A stretch of 64,000 nucleotides of DNA from Candidatus Pelearchaeum maunauluense (GCA_030059675.1 JANVYQ010000001.1:1-64000), one strand, 5' to 3'; numbered from the stretch's first letter, positions 50,212-61,626 are shown. Program-made: numbers and translations. Notes: generated by a model not told the origin, from the letters alone.

Positions 50212-50636
50212 TCACTTGCGAATATCTAACCGTGTATTAAATGGTCTTTTCTGTAATTCTATCTCTATCTCTTTTTCACGGCGTGCAAACATTACATCAA
50301 CATTCATTAGCTCTCCTGCGGCGATTGTGAGGCAATCAATAAAGGATATAGCCCGCTGACATTTTAATAACACGGCTCTCTCTAAATTTCTTGCACACCA
50401 ATAACTCTTACATAACCAGAGAGGATTAATTTATCTACGATTTCCAAAGCCTTTACCCAACCTACCTTCCTGCATATAAGATATTTTAGTTCTGCCATGT
50501 TAAACTCCGTAGTTAATGCTTTAACATTATGCTCTCTTGGAAGATGCTACAATCTCCTTCCTAGCTCTGTTCCCGCGACAAGTTCAACTAAGACGCTAGT
50601 ATCAAATATTATATCGCCTCGCAATACGTTCTTCAT
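50212..50636 (-). pseudogene. vapC: VapC PIN toxin pseudogene
   Basis: IIFDTSVLVE, MAELKY, ISFIDCLTIA; in-frame TAG at 50547-50549 and a later frameshift. Confidence 0.8.
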
Positions 50637-50856
50637 CTTTTCTCCTCTCTTCATACAGTTCTTCAACACTTAATCCTGACACTGAACCCACTACAGAACT
50701 AAGCAGTTCAGGCCTCCGCTCTTCAAGGCTCATAAGATATTGTATAACTTTAGGTTAAACTTACGGCCGTACCTTTCTTGCAGTTTAACAGCTAAGCGGG
50801 TAAGCATTTCTTTTGTTGTTTTGGATATTTTTATGCTTATGGACAGCCTTATTCAC
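50602..50856 (-). pseudogene. VapB-like antitoxin pseudogene
   Basis: SIKISKTTKEML...EELYEERRKDE, frameshifted, overlapping the vapC start; 5' end approximate. Confidence 0.6.
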
Positions 50857-50922
50857 CTACTATATCGTAGTTGTGTGATGCTTCATATATTTTAAAATAT
50901 GCATTTGGTATGTGAATGTTGT

Positions 50923-52320
50923 ATGCTTGATTTGGTTATTAGGGGCGGTAATGTTGCGACGGAGTTTGGTATTTTCCAAGCTGATATAGGGGTTGAGGAG
51001 GGTAGGATTTCTAAGGTTGCGCGTCTGGTTGAGGAGCCTGCTGAGAGGATAATCAACGCGGGTGGGAAGCTGGTAATCCCAGGGGGTATTGATGGCCATG
51101 TCCATTTCGCCATGCATTATAGCGATGGTGTCTATACTGCGGATGACTTCTATAGCGGCACCGTCGCGGCTGCGTGTGGAGGAATAACCACTGTGATAGA
51201 CTTTGCAACACCAGAACGTGGTCAGTCGTTTATTGATGCTTTTGTCAGTAGGCGGCGCCAGGCTGATGGTGAGGTGGCTGTAGATTATGGGCTGCATTTA
51301 TCGGTAGTGAGCGCAGATGCGCGGCGTTTGGCCGAGTTGGAAGAGCTGTATAACAAGCATGGGGTTGCGAGCATTAAGGTCTTCACCGCCTACCGTAGGC
51401 GTGGCCTCATGCTGGATGATGGAGCTATACTGGATGTTCTCCGCGAGGCTTCCAGGCTGGGAACACTAGTTCTCGCCCACTGCGAGAATGAGGACATCAT
51501 AAACCGTAATGTTGAGCGGTTCCTATCTAAGGGGAAGACGGGTGTAGAGTATCATGGGTTGAGCAGGCCTGACTATGTTGAGGCCGAGGCTATTCGCCGT
51601 CTCTCGTTCTTCACGGGCTTGACAGGCGCTATGCTACTGGTTGTCCACCTCTCCTCTGGTATGGGTCTTGAGGCTGTGAGAGAAGCGCGGCGCGGTGGTG
51701 CTAGGGTTTATGCCGAGACATGCCCCCATTACCTAATGTTTGACGACTCGGTCTATCGGAGTAAAGACGCGGCGCTCTATCTAATGTCCCCGCCTCTCAA
51801 GAGTCCGCGTGATAGGGAGGCTCTCTGGGATGGTGTGGTTAAGGGTGGGATAACGGTAATGGGGAGCGACCACGCCTGCTTTACGGCCAAGGTTAAGAGA
51901 CGTTCAGAAATCTTCACAGAGATTCCAGGCGGCGTTCAGGGAACAGAGAACATAATACCCATACTCTACTCCGAGGGCGTTGCTAAGGGACGTTTATCTA
52001 TTGAGCGCTTCGTCGCGCTAGTCTCAGCAAATCCAGCAAAGCTGTACGGACTATACCCGTGTAAGGGCGCGATACTCCCAGGCTCCGACGCCGACTTAAC
52101 GATAATAGACCCGAACATGAAGGTTAAGCTAGGCAGGGACGCGATGCACAGTAGGCTTGACCACTCCATCTATGAAGGTATTGAGGTTAGGGGCTATCCT
52201 ACGGAAGTCGTATCACGGGGCCGTGTTATAGTTGAGAACCGTGAGTTCGTAGGGCAGAGGGGGTGGGGGCGATACCTAGCTAGGAGAGGAAACCCGAAAA
52301 CAGTAGAGGGTTTACAGTGA
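50923..52320 (+). CDS. hydA: Dihydropyrimidinase/hydantoinase
   Basis: PGGIDGHVH, HCEN, ETCPHYL, MSPPL, GSDHA. Confidence 0.88.
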   Translation: MLDLVIRGGNVATEFGIFQADIGVEEGRISKVARLVEEPAERIINAGGKLVIPGGIDGHVHFAMHYSDGVYTADDFYSGTVAAACGGITTVIDFATPERGQSFIDAFVSRRRQADGEVAVDYGLHLSVVSADARRLAELEELYNKHGVASIKVFTAYRRRGLMLDDGAILDVLREASRLGTLVLAHCENEDIINRNVERFLSKGKTGVEYHGLSRPDYVEAEAIRRLSFFTGLTGAMLLVVHLSSGMGLEAVREARRGGARVYAETCPHYLMFDDSVYRSKDAALYLMSPPLKSPRDREALWDGVVKGGITVMGSDHACFTAKVKRRSEIFTEIPGGVQGTENIIPILYSEGVAKGRLSIERFVALVSANPAKLYGLYPCKGAILPGSDADLTIIDPNMKVKLGRDAMHSRLDHSIYEGIEVRGYPTEVVSRGRVIVENREFVGQRGWGRYLARRGNPKTVEGLQ

Positions 52321-52365
52321 ATATGCTACAATATACTTAAATACAATCTGTGTAAGTAAGTTGAT

Positions 52366-53709
52366 ATGACGCTTGAAAAACGCCTGACGAGGCGGAAGTT
52401 TCTAGGCGTCTCCACAGGAGCAGCGGCGGGAGCCGTCGCTGCTGGCGCAATTATTGGCGGAATAGCAGGCTACTTCGCGGGCCAGTCCACCGCACCAACA
52501 AGAGAAGTAACAAGAACGGTGACAACCACCGTCGCTGGACCAGCCCAGACCGTTACGAAAACCGTTGAGAAGCCTGTTACCGAGAAGGTGAAAGCGGGCT
52601 ATGTGTATGTCGGGCCAGTAGGTGACTTCGGCTGGACATACGCTCATGACCAGGGTAGGAAATGGGCTGACGCTAGGCAAGCTAATGTTGAATCCACGTA
52701 TATAGAGAGCGTACCTGAGGCTGAGGCTGCTGGCGCTATTGAGACGCTATTAGCCGAGGGTTATGAGCTCATAATCACGACGAGCTTCGGCTACATGGAT
52801 GCTACGGCTGAGATGGCTGAGAAGAATCCAGAAAAGTATTTTGTCCATATATCAGGCTACCGCAGCGGCGCTGCTGGAAACGCGCCTGAAAACATGAGCG
52901 CAGCATTCGCAGAGTTCTACCAGCTATACTATCTCAACGGACTGGCAGCAGGGGCGGTAACAAAGACTGGAGTAGTCGGCTACGTGGCTGCTCACCCAAT
53001 CCCAGAGGTAATTAGACACATTAACGCTTTCGTACTGGGCGCTAACTACGCTTATAAGAAGAGAACAGGAAAGAACATCAAGGCATATGTTAATTGGCTC
53101 TTTAGCTGGTTTGACCCTGGAAAGACCCGTACTGCTGCTGTCTCGCTAATAGAGGAGAAGAACGCTGATGTGCTTGCTTTTACCGAGGACTCGCCAACAA
53201 CACTACAGGTAGCTGAGGAATATACGACGCAGAAGGGTAAGCAGGTCTGGAGCTTCAGCCACTATAGTGATATGACGCAGTATGGGCCCAACTCGCATCT
53301 TACGGGCCAGATAGTTAATTGGGGGCCGCTCTATCTGGAGTTCTACCGCATGGTCGCTACAGGGACTTGGCAGAGCGTAGACATATGGACTAGGATAGGC
53401 GACTACCTTCCTTGGAGATGGCGGCTACCTGTTGAGAAGAGCACCGCTGGCAAGCCTGAGGGGACCGTCTATCTAGCCCCGCTCAATCCTGCTATACCAT
53501 CTGAGTGGCAGCTTGAGATTAAGCGGCGCTACGAGGAGATGAAGGAGCTTCTCTTTGAGCCGTTCTCGCCTGAGGGTAATCTTGACCAGCCGATAAGAGA
53601 CCAGGCTGGCGAGGTAAGAATAGGCCCTGGCGAGAGAGCAGACCACGACATGCTCTGGACTATGGACTGGTTCGTTGAGTATATTGAGAGCGAGCTGCCG
53701 AAGGTCTAA
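52366..53709 (+). CDS. BMP-family nucleoside ABC substrate-binding protein with Tat signal
   Basis: TRRKFL twin-arginine motif, GPVGDFGWTYAHDQG, TSFGYMD, PEVIRHINAF. Confidence 0.9.
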   Translation: MTLEKRLTRRKFLGVSTGAAAGAVAAGAIIGGIAGYFAGQSTAPTREVTRTVTTTVAGPAQTVTKTVEKPVTEKVKAGYVYVGPVGDFGWTYAHDQGRKWADARQANVESTYIESVPEAEAAGAIETLLAEGYELIITTSFGYMDATAEMAEKNPEKYFVHISGYRSGAAGNAPENMSAAFAEFYQLYYLNGLAAGAVTKTGVVGYVAAHPIPEVIRHINAFVLGANYAYKKRTGKNIKAYVNWLFSWFDPGKTRTAAVSLIEEKNADVLAFTEDSPTTLQVAEEYTTQKGKQVWSFSHYSDMTQYGPNSHLTGQIVNWGPLYLEFYRMVATGTWQSVDIWTRIGDYLPWRWRLPVEKSTAGKPEGTVYLAPLNPAIPSEWQLEIKRRYEEMKELLFEPFSPEGNLDQPIRDQAGEVRIGPGERADHDMLWTMDWFVEYIESELPKV

Positions 53710-53763
53710 ACAGCCCCCTCTTTAACTCTCATATATTTTTAGAAGCCTAGCCCTTAACGCTGG

Positions 53764-55332
53764 TTGGTGCGCCAAGGGAAGCGTATGCGCGGTGGTGATA
53801 GTCCAGAGATACTGGTTGAGATGCGCGGCATAACCAAGAGATTCCCTAATGTCTTGGCTAATGACCATGTTGATTTTACTCTCATGCGCGGCGAGGTTCA
53901 TGCTCTCTTGGGTGAGAATGGAGCTGGCAAAACCACGCTCATGAATATCCTATACGGGTTGTATCGTCTTGATGAGGGGGAGATATGGATTAAGGGTAGG
54001 CGCGTGAATATACGCTCACCGCGCGATGCGATAAAGAATGGTATCGGGATGGTTCATCAGCAGTTCAGGCTCATACCAACGCATACAGTAGCGGAGAATG
54101 TCATACTAGGATTGAAGGAGGCAGGATTTTATCTCAATTATCGCGATATTAATGAGAAGCTTAGTGAGATAATCTCGTTCTACGGCTGGAATATATCGCC
54201 GTCAGCCCGCGTGTGGCAGCTCTCCGTGGGTGAGAAGCAGCAGGTAGAGCTTTTAAAGGCGCTCTACCGCAAGGCGGATATACTCATACTTGACGAACCA
54301 ACCTCGGTACTAACCTCGCAGGAGACTACGCAGCTCTTCGCAACCCTCAGAAAGATGGCTGGCGAGGGCTTGGGAATAATTCTAATCAGCCATAAGCTGG
54401 ACGAGGTCATGCAGGTGAGCGATAGAGTAACTGTGATGCGGCGCGGAAGGGTTGTGGCCACAAAGCCGACACGCGAGACAAACCCCAACGAGCTGGCCAA
54501 CCTAATGGTAGGCAGACCGCTGATAACAAGCTTTGAACGCCTAAACAAAACAAGCGAAAAACCAATACTCCGCGTAGAGAATCTACGCGTGCTTGATGAT
54601 AAGGGACTCCCAGCAGTCCGCGGCGTCTCCTTCACAGTAAAGGGGGGCGAGATTCTGGGGATAGCTGGGGTTGCTGGGAACGGCCAGCAGGAGCTGGCGG
54701 AGACCATAGCTGGAATAAGGAAGGCCGTCGCTGGGAAAATAATACTAGACGGCGTGGATGTGACGAATAAGGGCTCGCTGTTTATGATTAGGCAGGGTGT
54801 GGCGTACATACCAGCCGAGAGCTCTAAGTGCGTCGCCTACCAGATGAGCGTCGCGGAGAACTTGGTGATGAAGTCTTTTAGGTATGAGCCTTTCTCCAAG
54901 TCTATCGTAATGGACTGGGATAGCATTAAGCAGCACGCTGAGCGTTTGATTGATGCTTTCAGTATAGTTACCCCGTCTCCCAGCACTAGGGCGGGTAATC
55001 TCTCTGGTGGGAATATCCAGCGCCTCATCCTAGCGCGCGAGCTTACTGGCCTCCCTGGGAGCTCGGCTCCAAAGCTGATTATAGCAACATACCCAACACG
55101 CGACCTTGACGTTGCTGCTACAGAGTTTGTTAGGAGGACACTCATACAGAACCGAGACCAGGGAGCGGCTATCCTCCTAGTGTCGGAAGACCTTGAGGAG
55201 ATAATGATGTTGAGCGACAGGATAGCTGTTATGTACCGTGGCGAGATAGTTGGGATTCTTGAGCAGCAGGAGTTTGATGTTGAGGTTATCGGTATGATGA
55301 TGACTGGCGCGAGGCGCGGGGAGGCTGCTTGA
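53764..55332 (+). CDS. Nucleoside/sugar ABC ATP-binding protein (two domains)
   Basis: GENGAGKT, MVHQ, LSVGEKQ, LSGGNIQ. Confidence 0.92.
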   Translation: MVRQGKRMRGGDSPEILVEMRGITKRFPNVLANDHVDFTLMRGEVHALLGENGAGKTTLMNILYGLYRLDEGEIWIKGRRVNIRSPRDAIKNGIGMVHQQFRLIPTHTVAENVILGLKEAGFYLNYRDINEKLSEIISFYGWNISPSARVWQLSVGEKQQVELLKALYRKADILILDEPTSVLTSQETTQLFATLRKMAGEGLGIILISHKLDEVMQVSDRVTVMRRGRVVATKPTRETNPNELANLMVGRPLITSFERLNKTSEKPILRVENLRVLDDKGLPAVRGVSFTVKGGEILGIAGVAGNGQQELAETIAGIRKAVAGKIILDGVDVTNKGSLFMIRQGVAYIPAESSKCVAYQMSVAENLVMKSFRYEPFSKSIVMDWDSIKQHAERLIDAFSIVTPSPSTRAGNLSGGNIQRLILARELTGLPGSSAPKLIIATYPTRDLDVAATEFVRRTLIQNRDQGAAILLVSEDLEEIMMLSDRIAVMYRGEIVGILEQQEFDVEVIGMMMTGARRGEAA

Positions 55333-56408
55333 GGTCTGCCATACCCCTGATTAGGGTTCAGCGTAGGCTTGAGGTGCCGCGTAGGGTATCTGCGGCGGTA
55401 AGCGCGTTCTTCATACTCCTATCATTCGCAGCAGCAGCACTCATCTTCGAGCTGATGGGCGTTAGCTCCGTCGCCACCTTCGGCGTGATAGCATCGGTCT
55501 TCACAAACCCCAACCTACTCCTACAAGCAATCCTACGCGGACTCCCAATAGGCTTAGCAGCCCTAGGCCTCTCAATAGCGTTCCGCATGAACTTCTGGAA
55601 CATAGGGGCGGAGGGCCAGCTATACATGGGCATGTTCGCCGCTACTGGTGTTGTTCTTCTCCACGAGTATCAGGGGCTGATAGCCGAGCCGCTGGTCATA
55701 GTATTCATGGTTCTCGCGTCCTTCGTGGCGGGCGGGCTATACTGCGCGCTGAGCGCGGCGCTCAAAGCCAAGATGGGCGTGAACGAGGTCTTGACAACCC
55801 TCATGCTCAACTACATCGCCATACTCTTCGTGGATTTCCTAGTCTACGGCCCCTGGCGCGACCCCAAGGGCTTCAACTTCCCCCTCTCAATACAGTTCCC
55901 AGACTATGCGCGGCTTGGGTTTGTGTTGGGCAGTCCTAGCTATGAGGGGCTTGCCATGCTTTTGGTGGTGGCGTTCTTGGTTTATGGCTTGATGCGCCAT
56001 ACTACGCTGGGCTTTGAGATGCGTGTTGTCGGTGAGAGCCCTGAGGTGGCTAAGCATGCGGGGATAAGCTACGCCAAGGCGCTCATAATAGGCGGGTTCA
56101 TCTCAGGCGGGCTTGCTGGGATAGCGGGCTTCAGCGTCGTGAGCGGAATCATAGGCAGACTCAGGCCGCGCGCATCACCAGGCTACGGCTACACAGCAAT
56201 AATAGTGGCGTTCCTAGCCCTACTAAACCCCTGGCTCATAATACCAGCCAGCATCTTCTTCGGCGGCCTGATAGTGGCTGGAGACCTAATACAGGCATCT
56301 CTCAAGCTTCCATTCGCGGCGGTCCAGATATTCCAGTCAATAATCTTCCTCTTCATAATTGCTGGGGAGTTCATGAAGCGTTATAGGATAATAGTTAGCT
56401 GGAGGTGA
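55329..56408 (+). CDS. Nucleoside ABC permease
   Basis: NIGAEGQ, NEVLTTLMLNY, GYGYTAIIVA. Confidence 0.9.
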   Translation: MRSAIPLIRVQRRLEVPRRVSAAVSAFFILLSFAAAALIFELMGVSSVATFGVIASVFTNPNLLLQAILRGLPIGLAALGLSIAFRMNFWNIGAEGQLYMGMFAATGVVLLHEYQGLIAEPLVIVFMVLASFVAGGLYCALSAALKAKMGVNEVLTTLMLNYIAILFVDFLVYGPWRDPKGFNFPLSIQFPDYARLGFVLGSPSYEGLAMLLVVAFLVYGLMRHTTLGFEMRVVGESPEVAKHAGISYAKALIIGGFISGGLAGIAGFSVVSGIIGRLRPRASPGYGYTAIIVAFLALLNPWLIIPASIFFGGLIVAGDLIQASLKLPFAAVQIFQSIIFLFIIAGEFMKRYRIIVSWR

Positions 56409-56414
56409 GTTTGG

Positions 56415-57395
56415 ATGGCTGACGTAGCCTGGATTGAGTCCGTGCTAAGCGGCGCGGTTCAGGCTGGGACTGTGTATCTCCTTGCCTCACTGGGGGAGGT
56501 CTATGCTGAGCGCTCAGGGATACTCAACCTTGGGCTTGAGGGGATGATGATACTAGGCGTGGCGGTGTCCTTTATCTTTACAAACGCACTAGGCCACGGG
56601 GCTGCCCTCTTGGTTACCATGCTCGTCGGTGGCCTTATTGCGTTGATTCTAGCCTTCATGGCCGTGAGTCTGAGGCTCAACCAGATTGTAGTCGGCCTAG
56701 CTTTGACGCTCTTTGGCTTGGGGTTAAGCGGCTTCATAACATCAGCGGAGATAAGGAAGGGAATCCTGCTATCCCTGAACCCCAACCTAAGCGAGGCGGC
56801 GCTGGTAACACAGCAGGCTCCGAAGCTACCTAACATAGCAATACCAGTCCTATCCGACATACCGCTCATAGGCGAGCCGCTCTTCAACCAGAACATCCTA
56901 GTCTACCTCTCCTACATCCTCGCTATTGTCATGTGGTTTGTGCTGTTCAGGACTAGGTTTGGGCTTAGCCTCCGTTCCGTGGGTGAGAACCCAGCGATGG
57001 CGGATGCTATGGGCGTGAATGTCTATCTCATGCGCTACATAGCTACCGTGATAGGTGGGATGCTCGGAGCCCTGGCTGGTGCTTATCTCTTCATAGGATA
57101 CCAGCCCTTCTGGCAGGAGGGGATGACGCAGGGTAGGGGATTCATATCACTAGCTCTAGTAATCCTAGCTACGTGGAGCCCGCTCCGCGCCATTCTTGGT
57201 GCGTACCTCTTCGGCGGTGTTGAGGTGCTCCAGTTCAGGCTTCAGCTCCTCGGCGTAGGTGCGCAGACACCCCAGTTCCTACTAATGCTACCATACCTCG
57301 TAACGATAGCTACCCTCACCCTCCTCTCGTTTGAGGGTGTGAAGAAGAGGATAGGCGTTCCCGCAGCGCTCGCAACACCATACTCAAGGGAATAG
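56415..57395 (+). CDS. Nucleoside ABC permease
   Basis: ERSGILNLGLEG, GENP, GRGFISLA, MLPY. Confidence 0.9.
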   Translation: MADVAWIESVLSGAVQAGTVYLLASLGEVYAERSGILNLGLEGMMILGVAVSFIFTNALGHGAALLVTMLVGGLIALILAFMAVSLRLNQIVVGLALTLFGLGLSGFITSAEIRKGILLSLNPNLSEAALVTQQAPKLPNIAIPVLSDIPLIGEPLFNQNILVYLSYILAIVMWFVLFRTRFGLSLRSVGENPAMADAMGVNVYLMRYIATVIGGMLGALAGAYLFIGYQPFWQEGMTQGRGFISLALVILATWSPLRAILGAYLFGGVEVLQFRLQLLGVGAQTPQFLLMLPYLVTIATLTLLSFEGVKKRIGVPAALATPYSRE

Positions 57396-57428
57396 CATTT
57401 ATCGCGGCGTTATAAAACTCTAGGGGAT

Positions 57429-57632
57429 ATGGATAGGGTGTTTGCGCGTTGTAAGACCTGCCACCTATGGTTTAACACTGGCATTAGCGTTGAGGGCTTT
57501 AAGGAGAGCGCGTCGGTGGAGGTTAGCTGCCCAGTTGGACATCTTAACACTTACTCGCGTGAGGAGCTTAGGCCTGAGAGTAGTTTTGAGAGACGTTACC
57601 GCAGGGTGGCCGGGAGACTTGTAAACCTCTAG
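57429..57632 (+). CDS. Small zinc-finger protein
   Basis: 67 aa, CKTC...CPVGH. Confidence 0.55.
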   Translation: MDRVFARCKTCHLWFNTGISVEGFKESASVEVSCPVGHLNTYSREELRPESSFERRYRRVAGRLVNL

Positions 57633-58426
57633 ACCTGAAGCAGCTCCAGCATCTTTCTATGCTTGTTGCATAGCTCGTGGCCTGCTAGCTGGGCTTCTAG
57701 AACCTCTTCCTGCCAGTGGGAATTATAGAGGCGGCAGTGCTTATTGTCGCAGAAGGCTTCGCCGAGGGCTTGGTAGAACACTGCTTGGAGGACGTAGCCC
57801 TTCATCACTTCGGTTAGCCGCTCATCATCATACTCTATGAACCTGCCACGCATTTGTTGCTTCATCTCCTCCCATATGAGCGGCGTTAGCTGCGCTGCGG
57901 TGTGCGTAGTTGCTATGTAGAATTCGCGGGGCTTGGCTGGGCCTTCCACTATTCCAGTTGTTGAGATTAGGCTTGGGTAGCCGCATATGATTACTCTGAT
58001 GTGGTATCTGTCTTCTCCGTATGTTGCGAGTAGGCGGCCTGTGAAGATTATGTGTGCCTCGCTTAGGTTGTTTTCTTCCCTCTTCAGTAGGCTATGGCAT
58101 ATTGCTTGAATCATGAAGCCGTCGTAGAGTATTCCCAGCGGTCTCTTGCTTGGATTTTTGAGTAGTGATTTTTCATACTCCACCTCGCCGTAGAGTGGCT
58201 GACGATTGTCTAGGCGTTTTAGTGGATTCCGTATCCGCGCCGCTGCGAGGAGCGGGGCTACGTGCTCAAAATCAGCAGCATGGTAGGTGAAGAACTCCTG
58301 CCTGACATCCACCTCTAGTGCTGGGAGCTTTTCTCTTAGGTATTCGGCTATCTCTTCTGGGTTTAGGGTTTTGCTGGATGGGTCAGCGTATAGGTGGAGC
58401 TTCCTCAATCTCGCGTAGCTTCTCAT
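57629..58426 (-). CDS. Putative archaeal metallopeptidase-like protein (DUF6775-like)
   Basis: [25 protein letters not shown]...[11 protein letters not shown]...LC..H; overlaps the thi4 3' end. Confidence 0.7.
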   Translation of the reverse strand: MRSYARLRKLHLYADPSSKTLNPEEIAEYLREKLPALEVDVRQEFFTYHAADFEHVAPLLAAARIRNPLKRLDNRQPLYGEVEYEKSLLKNPSKRPLGILYDGFMIQAICHSLLKREENNLSEAHIIFTGRLLATYGEDRYHIRVIICGYPSLISTTGIVEGPAKPREFYIATTHTAAQLTPLIWEEMKQQMRGRFIEYDDERLTEVMKGYVLQAVFYQALGEAFCDNKHCRLYNSHWQEEVLEAQLAGHELCNKHRKMLELLQV

Positions 58427-59189
58427 ACGCCACCTGCGCCGCCTTACGGCCTGAGAGGAGCATGGCCCCAAACGTCGGCCCCATGCGCGGCAGGCCATAG
58501 ACCTCCGCGACCGCCATACCAGCGACTATAATCCCTGGATAGGCTTCTCCAGTATGCTCCACCACCGCGTCCTCGGACATCTCAACCCACATGGCGCCCA
58601 TTCCCGGTATCTTAATTATCCCACGCTCCTCAAGCCTCCTCATTACCACGGCGTCGTGCCCGGATGCGTCTATTATCAGCCTGGCCTCAAGGGCTATTGG
58701 GTCTACGCATGTTACTTGGCGCGGGAGTGCGTTTACTGGTGTCCAGTTGACCACCACCCCTGCTGCCCTGTTGTCGCGCATAATTATGTCATCCAGCTGT
58801 GTCATGTTGAGTATCTTCACGCCCGCCTCGCAGGCTGCTGCTATGAGCTTGGAGCATGCGTATGGTGCTGGCGCTACGTAGAGGCCGTCGCTGTATCGCT
58901 CGTATTTTATTCCCAGCTCGTCCAGTATTTCCTGGGCTGGGTGCCTGAATGTTGCTGGGTTCATCAGGTAGCCGCCTATCCAGAAGCCTCCGCCTAGGTA
59001 GTTGTTCTGCTCTATGATGAGCGTCTTAACGCCCTTGAGGGCTAGGTCTCTGCCAGCCATGAGTCCAGAGGGGCCGCCGCCCACGATTATCACGTCGCTC
59101 TCGGCATACTCCAGAAATTGCTCGGTGAAGGTCTTGACTATCGCCCGCGTGATGTCCTTCTCCCCTATACCAGTGCTGAAGGTTGGCAT
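58383..59189 (-). CDS. thi4: Thiazole synthase Thi4
   Basis: [38 protein letters not shown]; ATG at 59189. Confidence 0.93.
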   Translation of the reverse strand: MPTFSTGIGEKDITRAIVKTFTEQFLEYAESDVIIVGGGPSGLMAGRDLALKGVKTLIIEQNNYLGGGFWIGGYLMNPATFRHPAQEILDELGIKYERYSDGLYVAPAPYACSKLIAAACEAGVKILNMTQLDDIIMRDNRAAGVVVNWTPVNALPRQVTCVDPIALEARLIIDASGHDAVVMRRLEERGIIKIPGMGAMWVEMSEDAVVEHTGEAYPGIIVAGMAVAEVYGLPRMGPTFGAMLLSGRKAAQVAYEKLREIEEAPPIR

Positions 59190-59304
59190 GGTCTCTGCCG
59201 CTTTTTTCTCATTATTTAAGCGAGTTAATAACCCGCTTATACGGTAGATGCGTGTATAAGGTATGTAGGTATAAATATAGTCTGAACGTATTACATTTTC
59301 CTCC

Positions 59305-61626
59305 ATGAAATTAATAGGCGCATCCATCAAGCGTGTTGAGGATTTCCGCCTCATAACTGGGAAGGGGCTGTATGTTGATGATGTTAAGCTCCCCAACATG
59401 CTTTACGGCGCAGTCCTCAGGAGCACATTCGCACACGCTCTTATACGTTCAATAGACAAATCACAAGCCCTAAGCCTCAGGGGCGTTAGGGCAGTATATA
59501 CTGCGGAAGACCTGGGAAGCATAAATGGGCCATTACCCCAATCCGTCTCCCCACTACCCCAATACCCAATACCACACCAAAAAACACACTACACACTAGC
59601 TCCTGGGAAGGTCAGATACGTGGGCGAGCCAGTAGCATTCGTCGTTGCAGAGGATAGATACACAGCACGCGACGCGCTGGAGCTCATAGAAGTGGAATAC
59701 GAGCCTCTGCCACCAGTTGTTGATATTGAAAAGGCAATAGAGCCAGACGCCCCGCTAGTCCATGATGACGTCCCAAGAAACATAGTAGCCCAGCACACGA
59801 TAAGCGTCGGAGACATCAACCAAGCATTCAGCAAGGCAGACCTAGTAGTTAGGGAGAGGATGGTGTTCAACCGAGGAGCTGGCCATTCAATAGAAACACG
59901 CGGCGTGGTGGCAAGCTATGATGAACGCTCAGGCTACCTAACGATATGGGACTCCACACAAGCGCCTATACCGGTAAGGAACGGCCTGGCGAAAATCCTC
60001 AGCCTACCAGAGAACAAGATACGCGTAATAGCCCCAGACGTGGGCGGGGGCTTCGGCCCAAAGATAATGCTCTTCTACCCAGAAGAGGTGCTAGTAACAT
60101 ACGCGGCTCTCAAGCTGGGCAGACCAGTAAAGTGGATTGAAGACAGACGCGAATACTCCATAGCAGCCAACCAGCAGAGAATACAGATACACTACGTAGA
60201 GGCAGCGTTCAGCAACGACGGAAAGTTGCTGGGAATCAAGGATAGATTCCTTGTGGACATGGGGGCATACACCCCATACGGGATAATGGTCCCGATAATC
60301 ACGACGGGCACGATGCCAGGCCCATACAAGATAGGCGCCTTCCACGTGGATTTCACAGCCGTCTATACCAACAAGACCGTTGTAAGCCCCGTCAGGGGAG
60401 CTGGCAGGCCAGAGGCGGTATACGTGATGGAGAGGGTCATGGACATAGCGGCAGCTAGACTCGGAATACCGCGCGACGAGATTAGGCGGAGAAATCTCAT
60501 ACAGCCAGAGGAATTCCCATACGACACTGGAATAATCTACCAAGACGGCGGCCCCGTAAAGTATGACAGCGGCAACTACCCCCGAATGCTTGAGAAACTG
60601 CTTGAAGCCCTAGACTATGCTAGCTGGCCTGAGCGGAAGCGCAGGTACCGCGAAGAAGGCCGTTATGTTGGCCTCGGCTTTGCGCTATACGTTGAGGGAG
60701 CTGGTGTAGGGCCTTACGAGATGGCGCGCGTCCGCGTAGAGCCATCAGGGAGGGTGAGCGTAGCTACTGGCGTAGGGACACAGGGCCAGGGGCACTTTAC
60801 AACCCTCGCACAAGTCGCCGCGGAGGTGTTGGGCGTTAATGTTGAGGATGTGGATGTAGTGACAGGCGACACGGCACAGATGTCATGGGGCATAGGAACA
60901 TTCGCCAGCAGGGCTGCCACGATAGCGGGGAGCGCCGTCTACCTAGCAGCGCAGGAAGTTAGGAACAAAGCTGCCGAGCTAGCGGCGAAGAAGCTGGAAG
61001 CAAACCCAGCAGACCTAGAGTTCGCCGATGGGAAAGTCTTCGTACGCGGAGCGCCGGAAAGAGCCATAACGCTGGGCGAGCTCGCGGTGCTAGCTCACCC
61101 GATACGCGGCTTGATAGAGCGCGAGCCTGGCCTTGAGGCCACAAAATTCTTCAGCCCCCGACAGTCTGTCTTCAGCAGCGGCGCTCACGGCGCCGAAGTG
61201 GAGATAGACCCTGAGACAGGCGAGATTAAGATACTCCGCTACGTAATCATACACGACTGCGGTACTGTGATTAACCCGATGATAGTTGAGGGCCAGATAG
61301 TCGGCGGCCTCTCCAACGGCATAGGCTCGGCGCTCTACGAGGAGATACTGCACGACGAGAATGGCCAGCCCCTCGCTACGACGTTCATGGACTACTTGAT
61401 ACCGAGTAGTATGGAGATGCCACTTGAGGTTGAGGTGCATCACCTTGAGACGCGGTCTCCGCTCAACCCGCTGGGCGCCAAGGGTGTGGGCGAGGCGGGC
61501 GTTATACCCGTAGCAGCGGTGGTGGCGTCAGCAGTCCAAGACGCGTTTGACGGGAAGGTAGTACCCCTGGAGAGCCCCCTCACACCACCTAGGCTAAAAG
61601 CCCTCCTAGAGGTTCAGAGAGGCTAA
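59305..61626 (+). CDS. Xanthine dehydrogenase family molybdopterin-binding large subunit (CoxL-like, not form I)
   Basis: VGGGFG, PVRGAGR, QGQGH, GAKGVGE. Confidence 0.9.
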   Translation: MKLIGASIKRVEDFRLITGKGLYVDDVKLPNMLYGAVLRSTFAHALIRSIDKSQALSLRGVRAVYTAEDLGSINGPLPQSVSPLPQYPIPHQKTHYTLAPGKVRYVGEPVAFVVAEDRYTARDALELIEVEYEPLPPVVDIEKAIEPDAPLVHDDVPRNIVAQHTISVGDINQAFSKADLVVRERMVFNRGAGHSIETRGVVASYDERSGYLTIWDSTQAPIPVRNGLAKILSLPENKIRVIAPDVGGGFGPKIMLFYPEEVLVTYAALKLGRPVKWIEDRREYSIAANQQRIQIHYVEAAFSNDGKLLGIKDRFLVDMGAYTPYGIMVPIITTGTMPGPYKIGAFHVDFTAVYTNKTVVSPVRGAGRPEAVYVMERVMDIAAARLGIPRDEIRRRNLIQPEEFPYDTGIIYQDGGPVKYDSGNYPRMLEKLLEALDYASWPERKRRYREEGRYVGLGFALYVEGAGVGPYEMARVRVEPSGRVSVATGVGTQGQGHFTTLAQVAAEVLGVNVEDVDVVTGDTAQMSWGIGTFASRAATIAGSAVYLAAQEVRNKAAELAAKKLEANPADLEFADGKVFVRGAPERAITLGELAVLAHPIRGLIEREPGLEATKFFSPRQSVFSSGAHGAEVEIDPETGEIKILRYVIIHDCGTVINPMIVEGQIVGGLSNGIGSALYEEILHDENGQPLATTFMDYLIPSSMEMPLEVEVHHLETRSPLNPLGAKGVGEAGVIPVAAVVASAVQDAFDGKVVPLESPLTPPRLKALLEVQRG

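Noticed and set aside
23505-50549. Genome-wide UAG recoding or pyrrolysine use
   Set aside because: TAG is the normal terminal stop of many genes here (e.g. 28464, 30550, 57395), and most of the affected genes also carry frameshifts, another stop or an insertion.
59305-61626. True aerobic CO dehydrogenase (form I CoxL)
   Set aside because: Active-site loop is PVRGAGR rather than AYRCSFR, and no coxM/coxS genes are adjacent.
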